Below, one piece after another: positions 42,062 to 50,813 of a stretch of DNA of 64,000 nucleotides; within the stretch, counting starts at the first letter, position 1; each line of letters begins with the position of its first letter. This stretch comes from Trueperaceae bacterium (GTDB taxonomy: Bacteria > Deinococcota > Deinococci > Deinococcales > Trueperaceae), in the NCBI GenBank assembly GCA_965213925.1, contig OZ243927.1, positions 3,296,001-3,360,000 of the forward strand, given 5' to 3'. The notes beneath the pieces are model-generated. The model had not been told where the DNA came from. It ran no database searches and saw nothing but the letters and a program-made list of their open reading frames with translations. The position numbers were made by a program, and so were the translations under genes.

Positions 42062-43389
42062 TGAGCGTTCTTCTCCCCATCCTCGTGATCATCGTCCTCA
42101 TTATCTTAAACGGGCTCTTCGTCGCGGCGGAGTTTGCGATCGTGGGCTCGAGGCGCACCCGCGTCGACAAGTACGCCGAAGAGGGCAGCGCGGCGGCGCG
42201 CTACGTGCAGCGCGTGCTCTCGAGCCCCGAGAACCAAGACCGCTACATCGCCATCGCGCAGTTGGGCATCACCTTGGCGAGCATCGGCTTAGGCATGTAC
42301 GGCGAGCAGTCCATCGCGGGCTGGCTCTACGGACCCTTAGAGCAATATGGCGGCTTAGGCTACGCCGCGTCGCACACGGTCGGAACCATCGTTGCGGTAG
42401 CGTTCCTGACCTATTTTCACGTCGTCATCGGTGAGATGATTCCCAAGGCGTTAGCGCTTCAATCGCCGGAAAAGACCTCGTTTCGCGTGGCGAGACCCAT
42501 GCGCATTATGGGAACCGTCTTTCGCCCAGCAGTGTGGGCGCTCAACGGCGCGGGCACGCTGCTCCTCAAAGCGATGCGCATCCCCGAGCCCGACGCGAAA
42601 AGCCGCGTCTACACGCCGCAGGAGCTTGAGCTTGTCGTCAGCGAATCGAGCGAAGCGGGCGCGCTGGAGAGCGAGCAACAAGAACTCATCGCCAACATCT
42701 TCGACTTCAGCGAGCGCGACGTGGGGCAACTCATGACGCCGCGTCCGCGTGTAATCGGGCTACCCGTAGATAGCACCAAAGAGGATTTAGTCGCGCTCAT
42801 CCGCGAGGGTCAGCACAGCCGTTTTCCGGTTTTTGAAGGAGACTTAGACCACATCGTCGGGCTCTTACACATCAAGGACTTTATCCGCCAGCAGACGCAA
42901 GCAGAAACGCAGCCTTTCAATCTGCGCTCGCTCATCCGCCGCGCGCCGCGCGTGCCCGAGGGGATGGCAGCGGAGAATCTGCTCGAGTCCTTCAAACGCC
43001 TTAAAATCCACATGGCGGTGGTGATGGACGAGTTCGGCGGCACGGCGGGCATCGTCACGCTAGAAGACCTCTTGGAAGAGGTCGTCGGCGAGGTGCAAGA
43101 CGAGTTCGATCACGAGACCCCGCCCGTGCAGAGAGTTGATAACAACGTGCTCTTGGTGCGGGGTGACGTACTTTTGGACGACCTCAACGAACATCACGGC
43201 TTCGACCTCTCTTCGGAGACATCAGACACCGTCGCGGGACTTCTGTTAGACGAGTTAGGGCGTCCGCCTGAAGTCGGGGATGAAGCGGAGATACAAGGGG
43301 TTCACTTGGGGGCGGAAGAGGTCGAGGGGTTAGTGATCCGGAAGGTTCGCTTGACGCAGACGAGCGAACAGGTAGAGGAAGTTTCCTAA
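42058..43389 (+). CDS. Hemolysin-family CNNM/CBS/CorC protein, paralog 2
   Basis: FVAAEFA, QLGITL, GEMIPK, DEFGGTAGIVTLEDLLEEVVGE; ATGA overlap. Confidence 0.92.
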   Translation: MMSVLLPILVIIVLIILNGLFVAAEFAIVGSRRTRVDKYAEEGSAAARYVQRVLSSPENQDRYIAIAQLGITLASIGLGMYGEQSIAGWLYGPLEQYGGLGYAASHTVGTIVAVAFLTYFHVVIGEMIPKALALQSPEKTSFRVARPMRIMGTVFRPAVWALNGAGTLLLKAMRIPEPDAKSRVYTPQELELVVSESSEAGALESEQQELIANIFDFSERDVGQLMTPRPRVIGLPVDSTKEDLVALIREGQHSRFPVFEGDLDHIVGLLHIKDFIRQQTQAETQPFNLRSLIRRAPRVPEGMAAENLLESFKRLKIHMAVVMDEFGGTAGIVTLEDLLEEVVGEVQDEFDHETPPVQRVDNNVLLVRGDVLLDDLNEHHGFDLSSETSDTVAGLLLDELGRPPEVGDEAEIQGVHLGAEEVEGLVIRKVRLTQTSEQVEEVS

Positions 43390-43686
43390 ACCCTTTCAAC
43401 TCACAAGCGAATATCTATGAGGGTGTGGGCGATCTACCAAGAATATACATACCCTCCTACACGAGTGACATATCTCAGTAATAACGGAAGACGACGCTGT
43501 GCAAGGGAGGGTCTAGCCTCCACCTCTGTCCGACACCCCCGTGTGAGATAATGCACATCTCGAGAAAATCCGGTACTATCAGGGTAGCGGTAAAAAGAGA
43601 GCGGGCATCTTCTGTGATGACGTCGTAGACGGTCTATCTGCCAAGGATATTCAGAGTCAGACGTAACCTGCCTCGAAAGGAGCACT

Positions 43687-44811
43687 ATGGCTTTGAAAGT
43701 TCCCTCCTTAACAGTAGGCATCGAAGAGGAATACCAGATCGTCGACCCCGAGACGCGCGAGCTGAAAAGCTACATCACGCAGTTTTTAGAGGGCGACCAC
43801 AGCGTCTTGCGCGAGCTGGAGATTCAGCCTGAGCTGCACCAGAGCATGGTGGAAATCGGCACGTCGGTCTGTGACAACGTGCAGAGTGCTCGAGACGAAC
43901 TCATCGACTTGCGCTGCAAAGTGAGTGAACTCGCCAGCAGCCGGGGCGCGCGCATCGCGGCGGCGGGCACGCACCCCTTCTCGACCTGGGAGTCGCAGGA
44001 GATCACGCCCTTCGAGCGCTACGAAGGACTCCTAGAGGACATGCAGGTCTTGGCGCGGCAGCTCCTGATCTTCGGGATGCACGTGCATATCGGCATCGAA
44101 GACAAGGGCTTCGCGGTGGACGCGATGAACACGCTGCGCTACTTTACGCCGCACGTCCTGGCGCTCTCGTCCTCGTCGCCCTTCTGGGAAGGTCGCAACA
44201 CCGGGCTCCACAGCTACCGCAGCGCGATCTTCAAGCACTTCCCGCGAACAGGGTTGCCGATCGAATTCAACTCTAGAGCCGAATACGACGACTTCATCAA
44301 CGTCTTGGTGCAGACCAACTGCATCCCAGACGGCTCGAAAATCTACTGGGACTTGCGCCCGCACCACAAGTACTCGACCTTGGAGTTTCGCATCTGCGAC
44401 CTCTGCACGCATGTGGACGACGCGATTTGCTGCGCAGCCATCTTTCAAGCTCTAGTTTTGAAACACTACAAGATGCGCGCGGACAACGTCACCTTCCGCA
44501 AATACCCCTTGCACCTCATCGAGGAGAACAAGTGGCGGGCGGTGCGCTACGGCATTCAGGGCAAACTCGTGGACTTCGGCAAGCGCGAAGAGGTCTCGAC
44601 GAAGGATTTACTCCACGAACTCGTCGAATTTGTGGACGATGTTTTAGATGAACTCGGCACGCGCAAAGAGGTCGAGCACGTCTTTACAATTTTGGAGCGC
44701 GGCTCTTCAGCCGACCGACAGCTCGAGATTTTCGAGGAGACGGGCGATCCGAAAAAGGTCGTGGACTGGCTTATTGAGGAGACGCTCAAGGGGTGTGAGC
44801 TGCCGGATTGA
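43687..44811 (+). CDS. Carboxylate-amine ligase (YbdK/glutamate-cysteine ligase 2 family)
   Basis: TVGIEEEYQ, AAGTHPF, FGMHVHIG, SSPFWEG, WDLRP, TLEFRICD, ENKWRA. Confidence 0.92.
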   Translation: MALKVPSLTVGIEEEYQIVDPETRELKSYITQFLEGDHSVLRELEIQPELHQSMVEIGTSVCDNVQSARDELIDLRCKVSELASSRGARIAAAGTHPFSTWESQEITPFERYEGLLEDMQVLARQLLIFGMHVHIGIEDKGFAVDAMNTLRYFTPHVLALSSSSPFWEGRNTGLHSYRSAIFKHFPRTGLPIEFNSRAEYDDFINVLVQTNCIPDGSKIYWDLRPHHKYSTLEFRICDLCTHVDDAICCAAIFQALVLKHYKMRADNVTFRKYPLHLIEENKWRAVRYGIQGKLVDFGKREEVSTKDLLHELVEFVDDVLDELGTRKEVEHVFTILERGSSADRQLEIFEETGDPKKVVDWLIEETLKGCELPD

Positions 44812-44953
44812 GGAATGATTCAGAGGTTGAAAGACTATAAGAGGGGAAAAGTAGGAAAACAACCTCTTATTATCTCTTCGCTCTTCTTCATCCCGGTTTC
44901 TTCCGTAAGACACGCCACTCGTTTCTCCTTCGATTTGAGCGAAGCTAGACAGT

Positions 44954-45802
44954 GTGGATGAATTCAACTGGCTCGCCACCCAAGTGAACGGGCGCTCCGT
45001 CAGCTACGTGCGCGTGGGGCAGGGACAACCTCTTGTACTTTTGCACGGATTCACGCTCGGGCATAGCACGCTGACCTATGGTCCCAGCATCGAACCTCTC
45101 TCTAAACATTTCGAGGTGATCGCGCCGGACTTGCCGGGGTACGGCTCGAGTGACCCCCTCCCTGAGCCCTATGGCACGGAGAGTTACATCGACTTTTTGG
45201 AGGGCTTTTTAGACGCTCTTGGCTTAGAAGAAACCTATCTGGTCGGTTTTTCTAAGGGTGGCGGTATCGCGCTCGGCTTCGCCTTGCAGCATCCCGAGCG
45301 CGTCTCTAAACTCGTCCTGGTCAGCTCGTACGCGCTTAGCGGCGCGGTGCAGATACCCTTTCTCCCTTACCTTGCGTTACGTACGCCTGGTCTCGCTAAA
45401 ATCGTCTGGCGCAGCTTGCGCAGTGTCCGAGGGCTCTTACCTCTTTACCTGAAAAATCTCGTCTTCGGAAACGCGGATAATGTGACGGATGAAATCATCG
45501 CGGAGATACGCGAACCGCTCAGCGAAGCAGGCAGCGAACGCGCCTTTATGACCTGGCTGCGCGGCGAGATGGGACCCCTACGCCTCAAGACGAGCTACGC
45601 TGATAGGCTCACCGAGCTGCGCGTGCCGACGCTTCTACTGCACGGCACCAAAGACCTCGTCGTCCCGGCGAGACGCGCGAAACATGCCGCCAACCTCATC
45701 CCGAATGTGGACTTAGAGCTTTTGCGCGGCTGCGGACATTGGGTGCCGCGCGAGATGCCGGAGAGGTTCGTGAAGATGCTCCGCGCCTTTCTAGCGCGCT
45801 AA
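44954..45802 (+). CDS. Alpha/beta fold hydrolase
   Basis: LLHGF, PDLPGYG, GFSKGG, HGTKD, CGHW. Confidence 0.88.
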   Translation: MDEFNWLATQVNGRSVSYVRVGQGQPLVLLHGFTLGHSTLTYGPSIEPLSKHFEVIAPDLPGYGSSDPLPEPYGTESYIDFLEGFLDALGLEETYLVGFSKGGGIALGFALQHPERVSKLVLVSSYALSGAVQIPFLPYLALRTPGLAKIVWRSLRSVRGLLPLYLKNLVFGNADNVTDEIIAEIREPLSEAGSERAFMTWLRGEMGPLRLKTSYADRLTELRVPTLLLHGTKDLVVPARRAKHAANLIPNVDLELLRGCGHWVPREMPERFVKMLRAFLAR

Positions 45803-45927
45803 TTCCGCTCGAGCTGATGCGCGCGCCCTTACAATTTCATACACTAGGGTTATGCGCCGTCAACATCCGAGACAAACTCCGTCAGGTTCCATCTCTCGAT
45901 GTACATGCTAAACTACGCATCACTTAC

Positions 45928-46142
45928 TGCATCGTCAACTAAGTTCTGTTGCATGAACCTCTTACTTGTCACCTCGAGCCCTACGGTGAACGTAGGATAG
46001 ACTCCGCGAGGGGTCTCGTTTGGCAATAGCCAAAACTTTGTAACTTTCAATCTCAGTCAGAGGAGTCAGCAAGGTCAGAGATTCTTCACACCACTAGCGT
46101 TGCGTTCAGAATGACACGACTTATTTTTTACTTAACGCTGTA
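45928..46142. mobile_element. Degenerate second copy of MITE family B
   Basis: TGCATCGTCAACTAAG...TTACTTAACGCTGTA; shares AGAGGAGTCAGCAAGGTCAGAGATTCTT and TCAGAATGACA with 38624-38805. Confidence 0.6.
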
Positions 46143-46362
46143 CCTACAGAGAGCGTTTCAAACTAGATGGCTATAGCATTTTCAAAACATATTGAGACGA
46201 ATAGACGCAGATTTCAGCTCGCAGAGCTAATGGAACCTCATCTCATAACGTGCGTGCTAAACATGCTTGTTACAGTGAGAGTGTTTCAAACCAGATGAAG
46301 TCGCGTGGTCCCGCTGTCACGCGTGGCGCGTTCCCGCTAGCCGCTAGACCTGCTACTACTCC

Positions 46363-46809
46363 ATGATCTGGCAGTATCAAACCCTCATCAGCACCCAACT
46401 CTTCGGCTGGAGCGCGCTGAGCGTCTTCGGCGGTTTGGGGATGCTGCTGCTGCTTGACGACCCGTTCTGGAGAGGTATAGGCTTGCAGGGCGTCGTTTGG
46501 GGCGTCATCGACGCGGGCATCGCCTTTTTCGGTCAACTCGGGATGCGCCGCAAGCTCGCCCGCACCGTCGAGCCGGACGCTTTTCGCGTGCAGCTTGAGG
46601 AGGCGCGGCGGCTGCGGCGCTTGCTCTACATCAACGCGGGGCTGGACGTGCTCTATATCGCGGCGGGCGTCGGGCTCGTGATGACGCTCGGCGTGGACGA
46701 CGCCTTCGTGAGAGGGAACGGCGTCGGCGTCGTTATTCAAGGAGCATTTTTGCTCCTCTTTGACCTCGCTCACGGCTGGCGGACGAGTGGGGTTATCGCG
46801 GAGCTTTAG
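46363..46809 (+). CDS. Membrane protein, hypothetical
   Basis: About four TM helices; WGVIDAGIA, INAGLDVLY, QGAFLLLFD. Confidence 0.75.
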   Translation: MIWQYQTLISTQLFGWSALSVFGGLGMLLLLDDPFWRGIGLQGVVWGVIDAGIAFFGQLGMRRKLARTVEPDAFRVQLEEARRLRRLLYINAGLDVLYIAAGVGLVMTLGVDDAFVRGNGVGVVIQGAFLLLFDLAHGWRTSGVIAEL

Positions 46810-46829
46810 ATGGAGCGTGGCTAGCTCGA

Positions 46830-47492
46830 CTAACCCATTAAACAGTGTAGGAGGTTCACGACCTCTTTTGCGCCCACCTTCTCTTCCGCCAATATTCGAA
46901 GTCGTCCTGTTTGGTAGAGCCTCTCCCCTACCCGGGTAGCATTAGGAAGCTTACGGCGGTAGACCTCGAGAAACTGCGGGTTGACTTTGGGCGTGTTTCT
47001 GCGTAAGTGCGACTCGATCTGCAGCGCGATCAGCGCGCGCTCGAGTTCCACCGACTGAGGCGGAACACCCCTCATATTCTTCCCTTTCAGATACGGCACC
47101 TGCTCCGTCATCGCGCTGCAACCCGCCCAGGGGTCACGCGAGGCGAAGTGAAAGGTCCGCACGCCTGCCATGCGAATCGCGCCCATGCACAGCGGGCACG
47201 GCTCGGTGGAGGTGTAGAGAACGCTGGTATACGGGTTGTGCTGCGCGTAGTCAAAACTCACGAGCGCGTTCATCTCGGCGTGAGCGAGGCGGTGTCCGGC
47301 TAAGTGGGGTGGTGAGGCAGGTTCGTGAATGCGGTTGCGTCCGCTCGAGACGACTTGCCCCTCCTCATTCACGATAACCGAGGCGATAGGCAACGAGCCC
47401 GCGCAGTACGCCTCCCACGCGAGTTCGGCGCAAACGCGCCAGGGCTCGGGGAGCGACGCCCACAAATTCACACTTGAACCCGCAGCGTTCAT
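46830..47492 (-). CDS. Zn-dependent nucleoside/nucleotide deaminase (TadA/CDA fold) with C-terminal extension
   Basis: GRNR, LAHAEMNAL, TEPCPLCMGAI. Confidence 0.88.
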   Translation of the reverse strand: MNAAGSSVNLWASLPEPWRVCAELAWEAYCAGSLPIASVIVNEEGQVVSSGRNRIHEPASPPHLAGHRLAHAEMNALVSFDYAQHNPYTSVLYTSTEPCPLCMGAIRMAGVRTFHFASRDPWAGCSAMTEQVPYLKGKNMRGVPPQSVELERALIALQIESHLRRNTPKVNPQFLEVYRRKLPNATRVGERLYQTGRLRILAEEKVGAKEVVNLLHCLMG

Positions 47493-48100
47493 AAAGCTTC
47501 CCCACGTTTGACAAAGAGGTCATCTAACGCTTCACGCAGCAAGCTCGCCTCGGTGCGGTTCAAGGCGTCCGAGAGCTTGGAGAGCCGCTCTAAACTCGCT
47601 TTGGAGTAGTAGTTGCTCTTTAGCGTCATCTTTGATTCGACGTAGATGGCGACGCGCCCGCGTCCTTCTGTCTTGGCACGATATAGGGCTTCGTCGGCGG
47701 CTCGCAAGAGGTCAGGGATACTCTTAGCGTGCGGCGGGCGGCTGGCGATGCCTACCGAGAGGTGGACTTTGCGCGGAATCTGAGGGCTGGGCGTGCGGCT
47801 CGAGAAATGCGTGCGGACCTCCTCGAGCAAAATCAGCGCGTTCTCAGCGGGCAAACCTGGCAACGCCACGGCGTACTCGTCGCCACCTAAGCGTGCAAGG
47901 AGAGCGTCAGCGGGCAAGCTGCCCTGCAACACCCCCTCCAGATGACGCAGCACCGCGTCGCCCGTTTCACGTCCGTAATCCTCGTTGATCTGCATGAAGT
48001 GGTCGAGGTCCGTCATCGCGAGACTTACCAGCATATCTTCGGGAAGTTCGTTAATCGCAGCTTCGAAGTCGGGGCGGGTGTGTAGCTCGAGCATTATCAT
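47489..48100 (-). CDS. GGDEF-domain protein with C-terminal ribbon-helix-helix
   Basis: DLDHFMQINEDYGRETGD, RLGGDEY, ADEALYRAK; tail SNYYSKASLERLSKLSDALNRTEASLLREALDDLF; ATG 48100 after AGGAGGT. Confidence 0.82.
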   Translation of the reverse strand: MIMLELHTRPDFEAAINELPEDMLVSLAMTDLDHFMQINEDYGRETGDAVLRHLEGVLQGSLPADALLARLGGDEYAVALPGLPAENALILLEEVRTHFSSRTPSPQIPRKVHLSVGIASRPPHAKSIPDLLRAADEALYRAKTEGRGRVAIYVESKMTLKSNYYSKASLERLSKLSDALNRTEASLLREALDDLFVKRGEAL

Positions 48101-48265
48101 ACCTCCTACAGCTTTATATTGATATATATACGTTGTAAGCAATATACGAAGAGGTGAAAAAGGTCACACTCGAGGTGGGTGAACCTTCGAGGTACATCTC
48201 CTGAATTCAACCGAAAAGCGCCCTGGCGCGTTGTTTGAATAGGTATTTGAGTACATAGTAGGACT

Positions 48266-49753
48266 ATGGAAGGAAAAATTCTCGTTACGGGGGCAACAGG
48301 TTATATCGGTGGGCGGCTCGTCCCGCGCCTTTTAGAAGACGGGCGCGACGTGCGCTGCTTAGTGCGCGACGCGGAGCGTTTCAAGGTGCGCTCGTACCAT
48401 ACCGAGGTCGAGGTCGTCGAGGGCGACGTACTAGAGCCGGAGAGCTTGGAGGGTAAATTCGACGGCGTTCACACCGCCTACTACCTCATCCACTCGATGG
48501 GCGCGTCCGAGCGCGGCTTCGAAAACCGCGACCGCACGGCGGCGGAGAACTTCGCGCAGGCGGCGAAGAAGGCGGGCGTGGAGCACATCATCTACCTGGG
48601 CGGTCTCGGCTCGGACGACAAGGGGATGTCGAAACACCTTCACTCGCGCCAAGAGACCGGACGCGGTTTAGCCGCGGCGGGCGTCCCCGTCACCGAGTTC
48701 CGCGCCGCTATCATCGTCGGCTCGGGCAGCATCTCCTTCGAGATGATTCGCTACCTGACGGAGCGTCTTCCTATCATGGTGACGCCCAAGTGGGTGGATA
48801 CGAAAGTGCAGCCCATTGCCATCCGCGACGTGCTCTCCTATCTGCAGAGCGCGCCCGAACATCAGGCTGAAGGTCATCAGATCGTCGAGATCGGCGGGCC
48901 GGAGGTTTTGACGTACAAAGACATGCTCTTTAGTTACGCCGAGGTGCGCGGTCTCAAGCGCACGATGTTCTCGACGCCGGTGCTGAGCCCCAAGCTCTCG
49001 TCATACTGGATCAACGTCGTCACGCCGATTCCCGCCTCGATTGCCAGACCTCTCGTCGAAGGGCTCACAAGTGAAGTTATCGTCGATAACCCCGAGCCCG
49101 CCAAAGCGTACAAAGTCCGCCCCATCTCGTATGAAACCGCTGTTAAGCTCGCGCTCAACCGCGCCAGCCAAGGTGCCGTCGAGACGCTCTGGAGCGGCTC
49201 GCTCTCCTCGGTGCCGCGCGGCACGCCGAGCCAAGAGAAGCTCAGGGACGCCGAGGGGATGCTCTCGGACAGGCGCTCGAGGCACTTCGACGTGCGTAAA
49301 GAGAACGCCTTCGAAGCCATCGTCAGTATCGGCGGCGAAGAGGGCTGGTACACCTTCGACTGGCTCTGGCAGATTCGCGGCGTGTTGGACAGGCTCTGGG
49401 GCGGCGTGGGGATGCGGCGCGGCAGGCGCGACCCGCACAACCTCATGCCCGGCGACGCTTTAGACTTTTGGCGCGTCGAGAGCGTCGAGGACAACGACCA
49501 CTTGCAGCTCCGCGCCGAGATGAAGGTGCCGGGGCGGGCGTGGCTGCGCTTCGACGTGCGCGAGGACGACGACGGCAAGACCGAGATTCAGCAGACCGCC
49601 TACTTCGAGCCGAAAGGACTCTTCGGATTTCTCTACTGGTACGCTATGTACCCGGCGCACCTCTTTATCTTCCCCTCGATGATCAACGCGATCGGTGAAC
49701 GCGCCAAGGAGTTCGAGAAGGGAACCTCTAGCGCGTCGCCTGAGCCTGCTTGA
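48266..49753 (+). CDS. SDR/NAD-dependent epimerase fused to DUF2867 (YbjT-like)
   Basis: VTGATGYIGG, YYLIHSM, SKHLHSR, DFWRVE, LRAEMKVPG, GFLYWYAM. Confidence 0.9.
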   Translation: MEGKILVTGATGYIGGRLVPRLLEDGRDVRCLVRDAERFKVRSYHTEVEVVEGDVLEPESLEGKFDGVHTAYYLIHSMGASERGFENRDRTAAENFAQAAKKAGVEHIIYLGGLGSDDKGMSKHLHSRQETGRGLAAAGVPVTEFRAAIIVGSGSISFEMIRYLTERLPIMVTPKWVDTKVQPIAIRDVLSYLQSAPEHQAEGHQIVEIGGPEVLTYKDMLFSYAEVRGLKRTMFSTPVLSPKLSSYWINVVTPIPASIARPLVEGLTSEVIVDNPEPAKAYKVRPISYETAVKLALNRASQGAVETLWSGSLSSVPRGTPSQEKLRDAEGMLSDRRSRHFDVRKENAFEAIVSIGGEEGWYTFDWLWQIRGVLDRLWGGVGMRRGRRDPHNLMPGDALDFWRVESVEDNDHLQLRAEMKVPGRAWLRFDVREDDDGKTEIQQTAYFEPKGLFGFLYWYAMYPAHLFIFPSMINAIGERAKEFEKGTSSASPEPA

Positions 49754-49764
49754 GTTGGCAGGGT

Positions 49765-50709
49765 CTAACTGATTCGGTCTCGCTCCCTCGACGCTAGCGC
49801 TTTAAGCGCGTCCTTAGCAGGAGCGTCGGGGAATACCTCTAAAGCTTCCGTCGCCCGCGTCGTCTCCTGCACGATGCGGGCTCTCGCTTCTGCGTCCGCG
49901 CCACGCTGAATGATGAGGTCTCGCACCCTCGCTATGTCCCCCTCGCCGCTCGCGTGACGCCTCAGCACGCTGCGCACCTCGCTGACCTCATCGACGAGCG
50001 TCAACACCGCGTACGTCGCCTTGCCCTCGCGCAAGTCGCCGCCGACGGGTTTGCCGAGCGTCACGGCGTCGCCCAAGAGGTCCAGGTAGTCGTCGCGCAT
50101 CTGGAAGGCGTAGCCGTAGGAGAGCCCGAACTGTTTAAGTGCACGTTGTTCTGCCTCGCTCGCGCCGCTCAGCATCGCCACGCCTTCTAGCGCCGCCGCG
50201 AAGAGCACCGCCGTTTTTCCTTCAATGATGGCGAAGTAGTTTTCTAAGGAGTACGTCTCGAGCGTCGCCATTTGAAACTGCAACACCTCCGCCTCGCAGA
50301 TGCGCGCGGCGGTCTCCGACATGAGCGCGGTGAATTCGGAGCTTTGTGAGCGCGCTAAAAGACCTAAAACTCGGGCTAGCATAAAGTCGCCCGACATCAC
50401 GCTCACCACGTTGCCGTAGCGCCGGAACGCCGCTTCGTGACCGCGCCGCGTGTCGGCGTCGTCGATGAGGTCATCGTGTAAGAGTGAGGCGGAGTGCAGC
50501 AACTCGGTAGCGAGCGCGACGCGCATGGTGGCGTCTGGGTCGGCGTGGAGCAGCTTGCCTGCCAAAAACGCGAGGCTCGGTCTGAGGCGCTTACCGCCCG
50601 CGCTCACCAAGTCTTCGCCGATGGCTTCGATGAACGCCACCGAGGAGCGCAGTTCGGCGGCGAGCTGCGTTTCGAAGCGGTCTAAGTCGTCTTGGATGAG
50701 GTCGAACAC
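49765..50709 (-). CDS. Long-chain polyprenyl diphosphate synthase
   Basis: GGKRLRP, LLHDDLIDDADTRRG, GKTA, FQMRDDYLD, GGDLREGK. Confidence 0.92.
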   Translation of the reverse strand: MFDLIQDDLDRFETQLAAELRSSVAFIEAIGEDLVSAGGKRLRPSLAFLAGKLLHADPDATMRVALATELLHSASLLHDDLIDDADTRRGHEAAFRRYGNVVSVMSGDFMLARVLGLLARSQSSEFTALMSETAARICEAEVLQFQMATLETYSLENYFAIIEGKTAVLFAAALEGVAMLSGASEAEQRALKQFGLSYGYAFQMRDDYLDLLGDAVTLGKPVGGDLREGKATYAVLTLVDEVSEVRSVLRRHASGEGDIARVRDLIIQRGADAEARARIVQETTRATEALEVFPDAPAKDALKALASRERDRIS

Positions 50710-50761
50710 AATAAGGCTTAGTATACGGGTTTAGGGCGGCACGTTTGGGAATGACGCAAAG

Positions 50762-50792
50762 GGAATCCCCTCGAGAGGCTCGAGGGGATTCC
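50762..50792. terminator. Hairpin built from two CTCGAG
   Basis: GGAATCCCCTCGAG-AGG-CTCGAGGGGATTCC, 14-bp perfect stem. Confidence 0.65.
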
Positions 50793-50813
50793 AAACTGCG
50801 CCAACTTTAATTT

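Noticed and set aside
49765..50709. crtE linked to retinal supply for the rhodopsin
   Set aside because: Small residues before the first DDxxD fit a long-chain (quinone) synthase, and no crt genes are nearby
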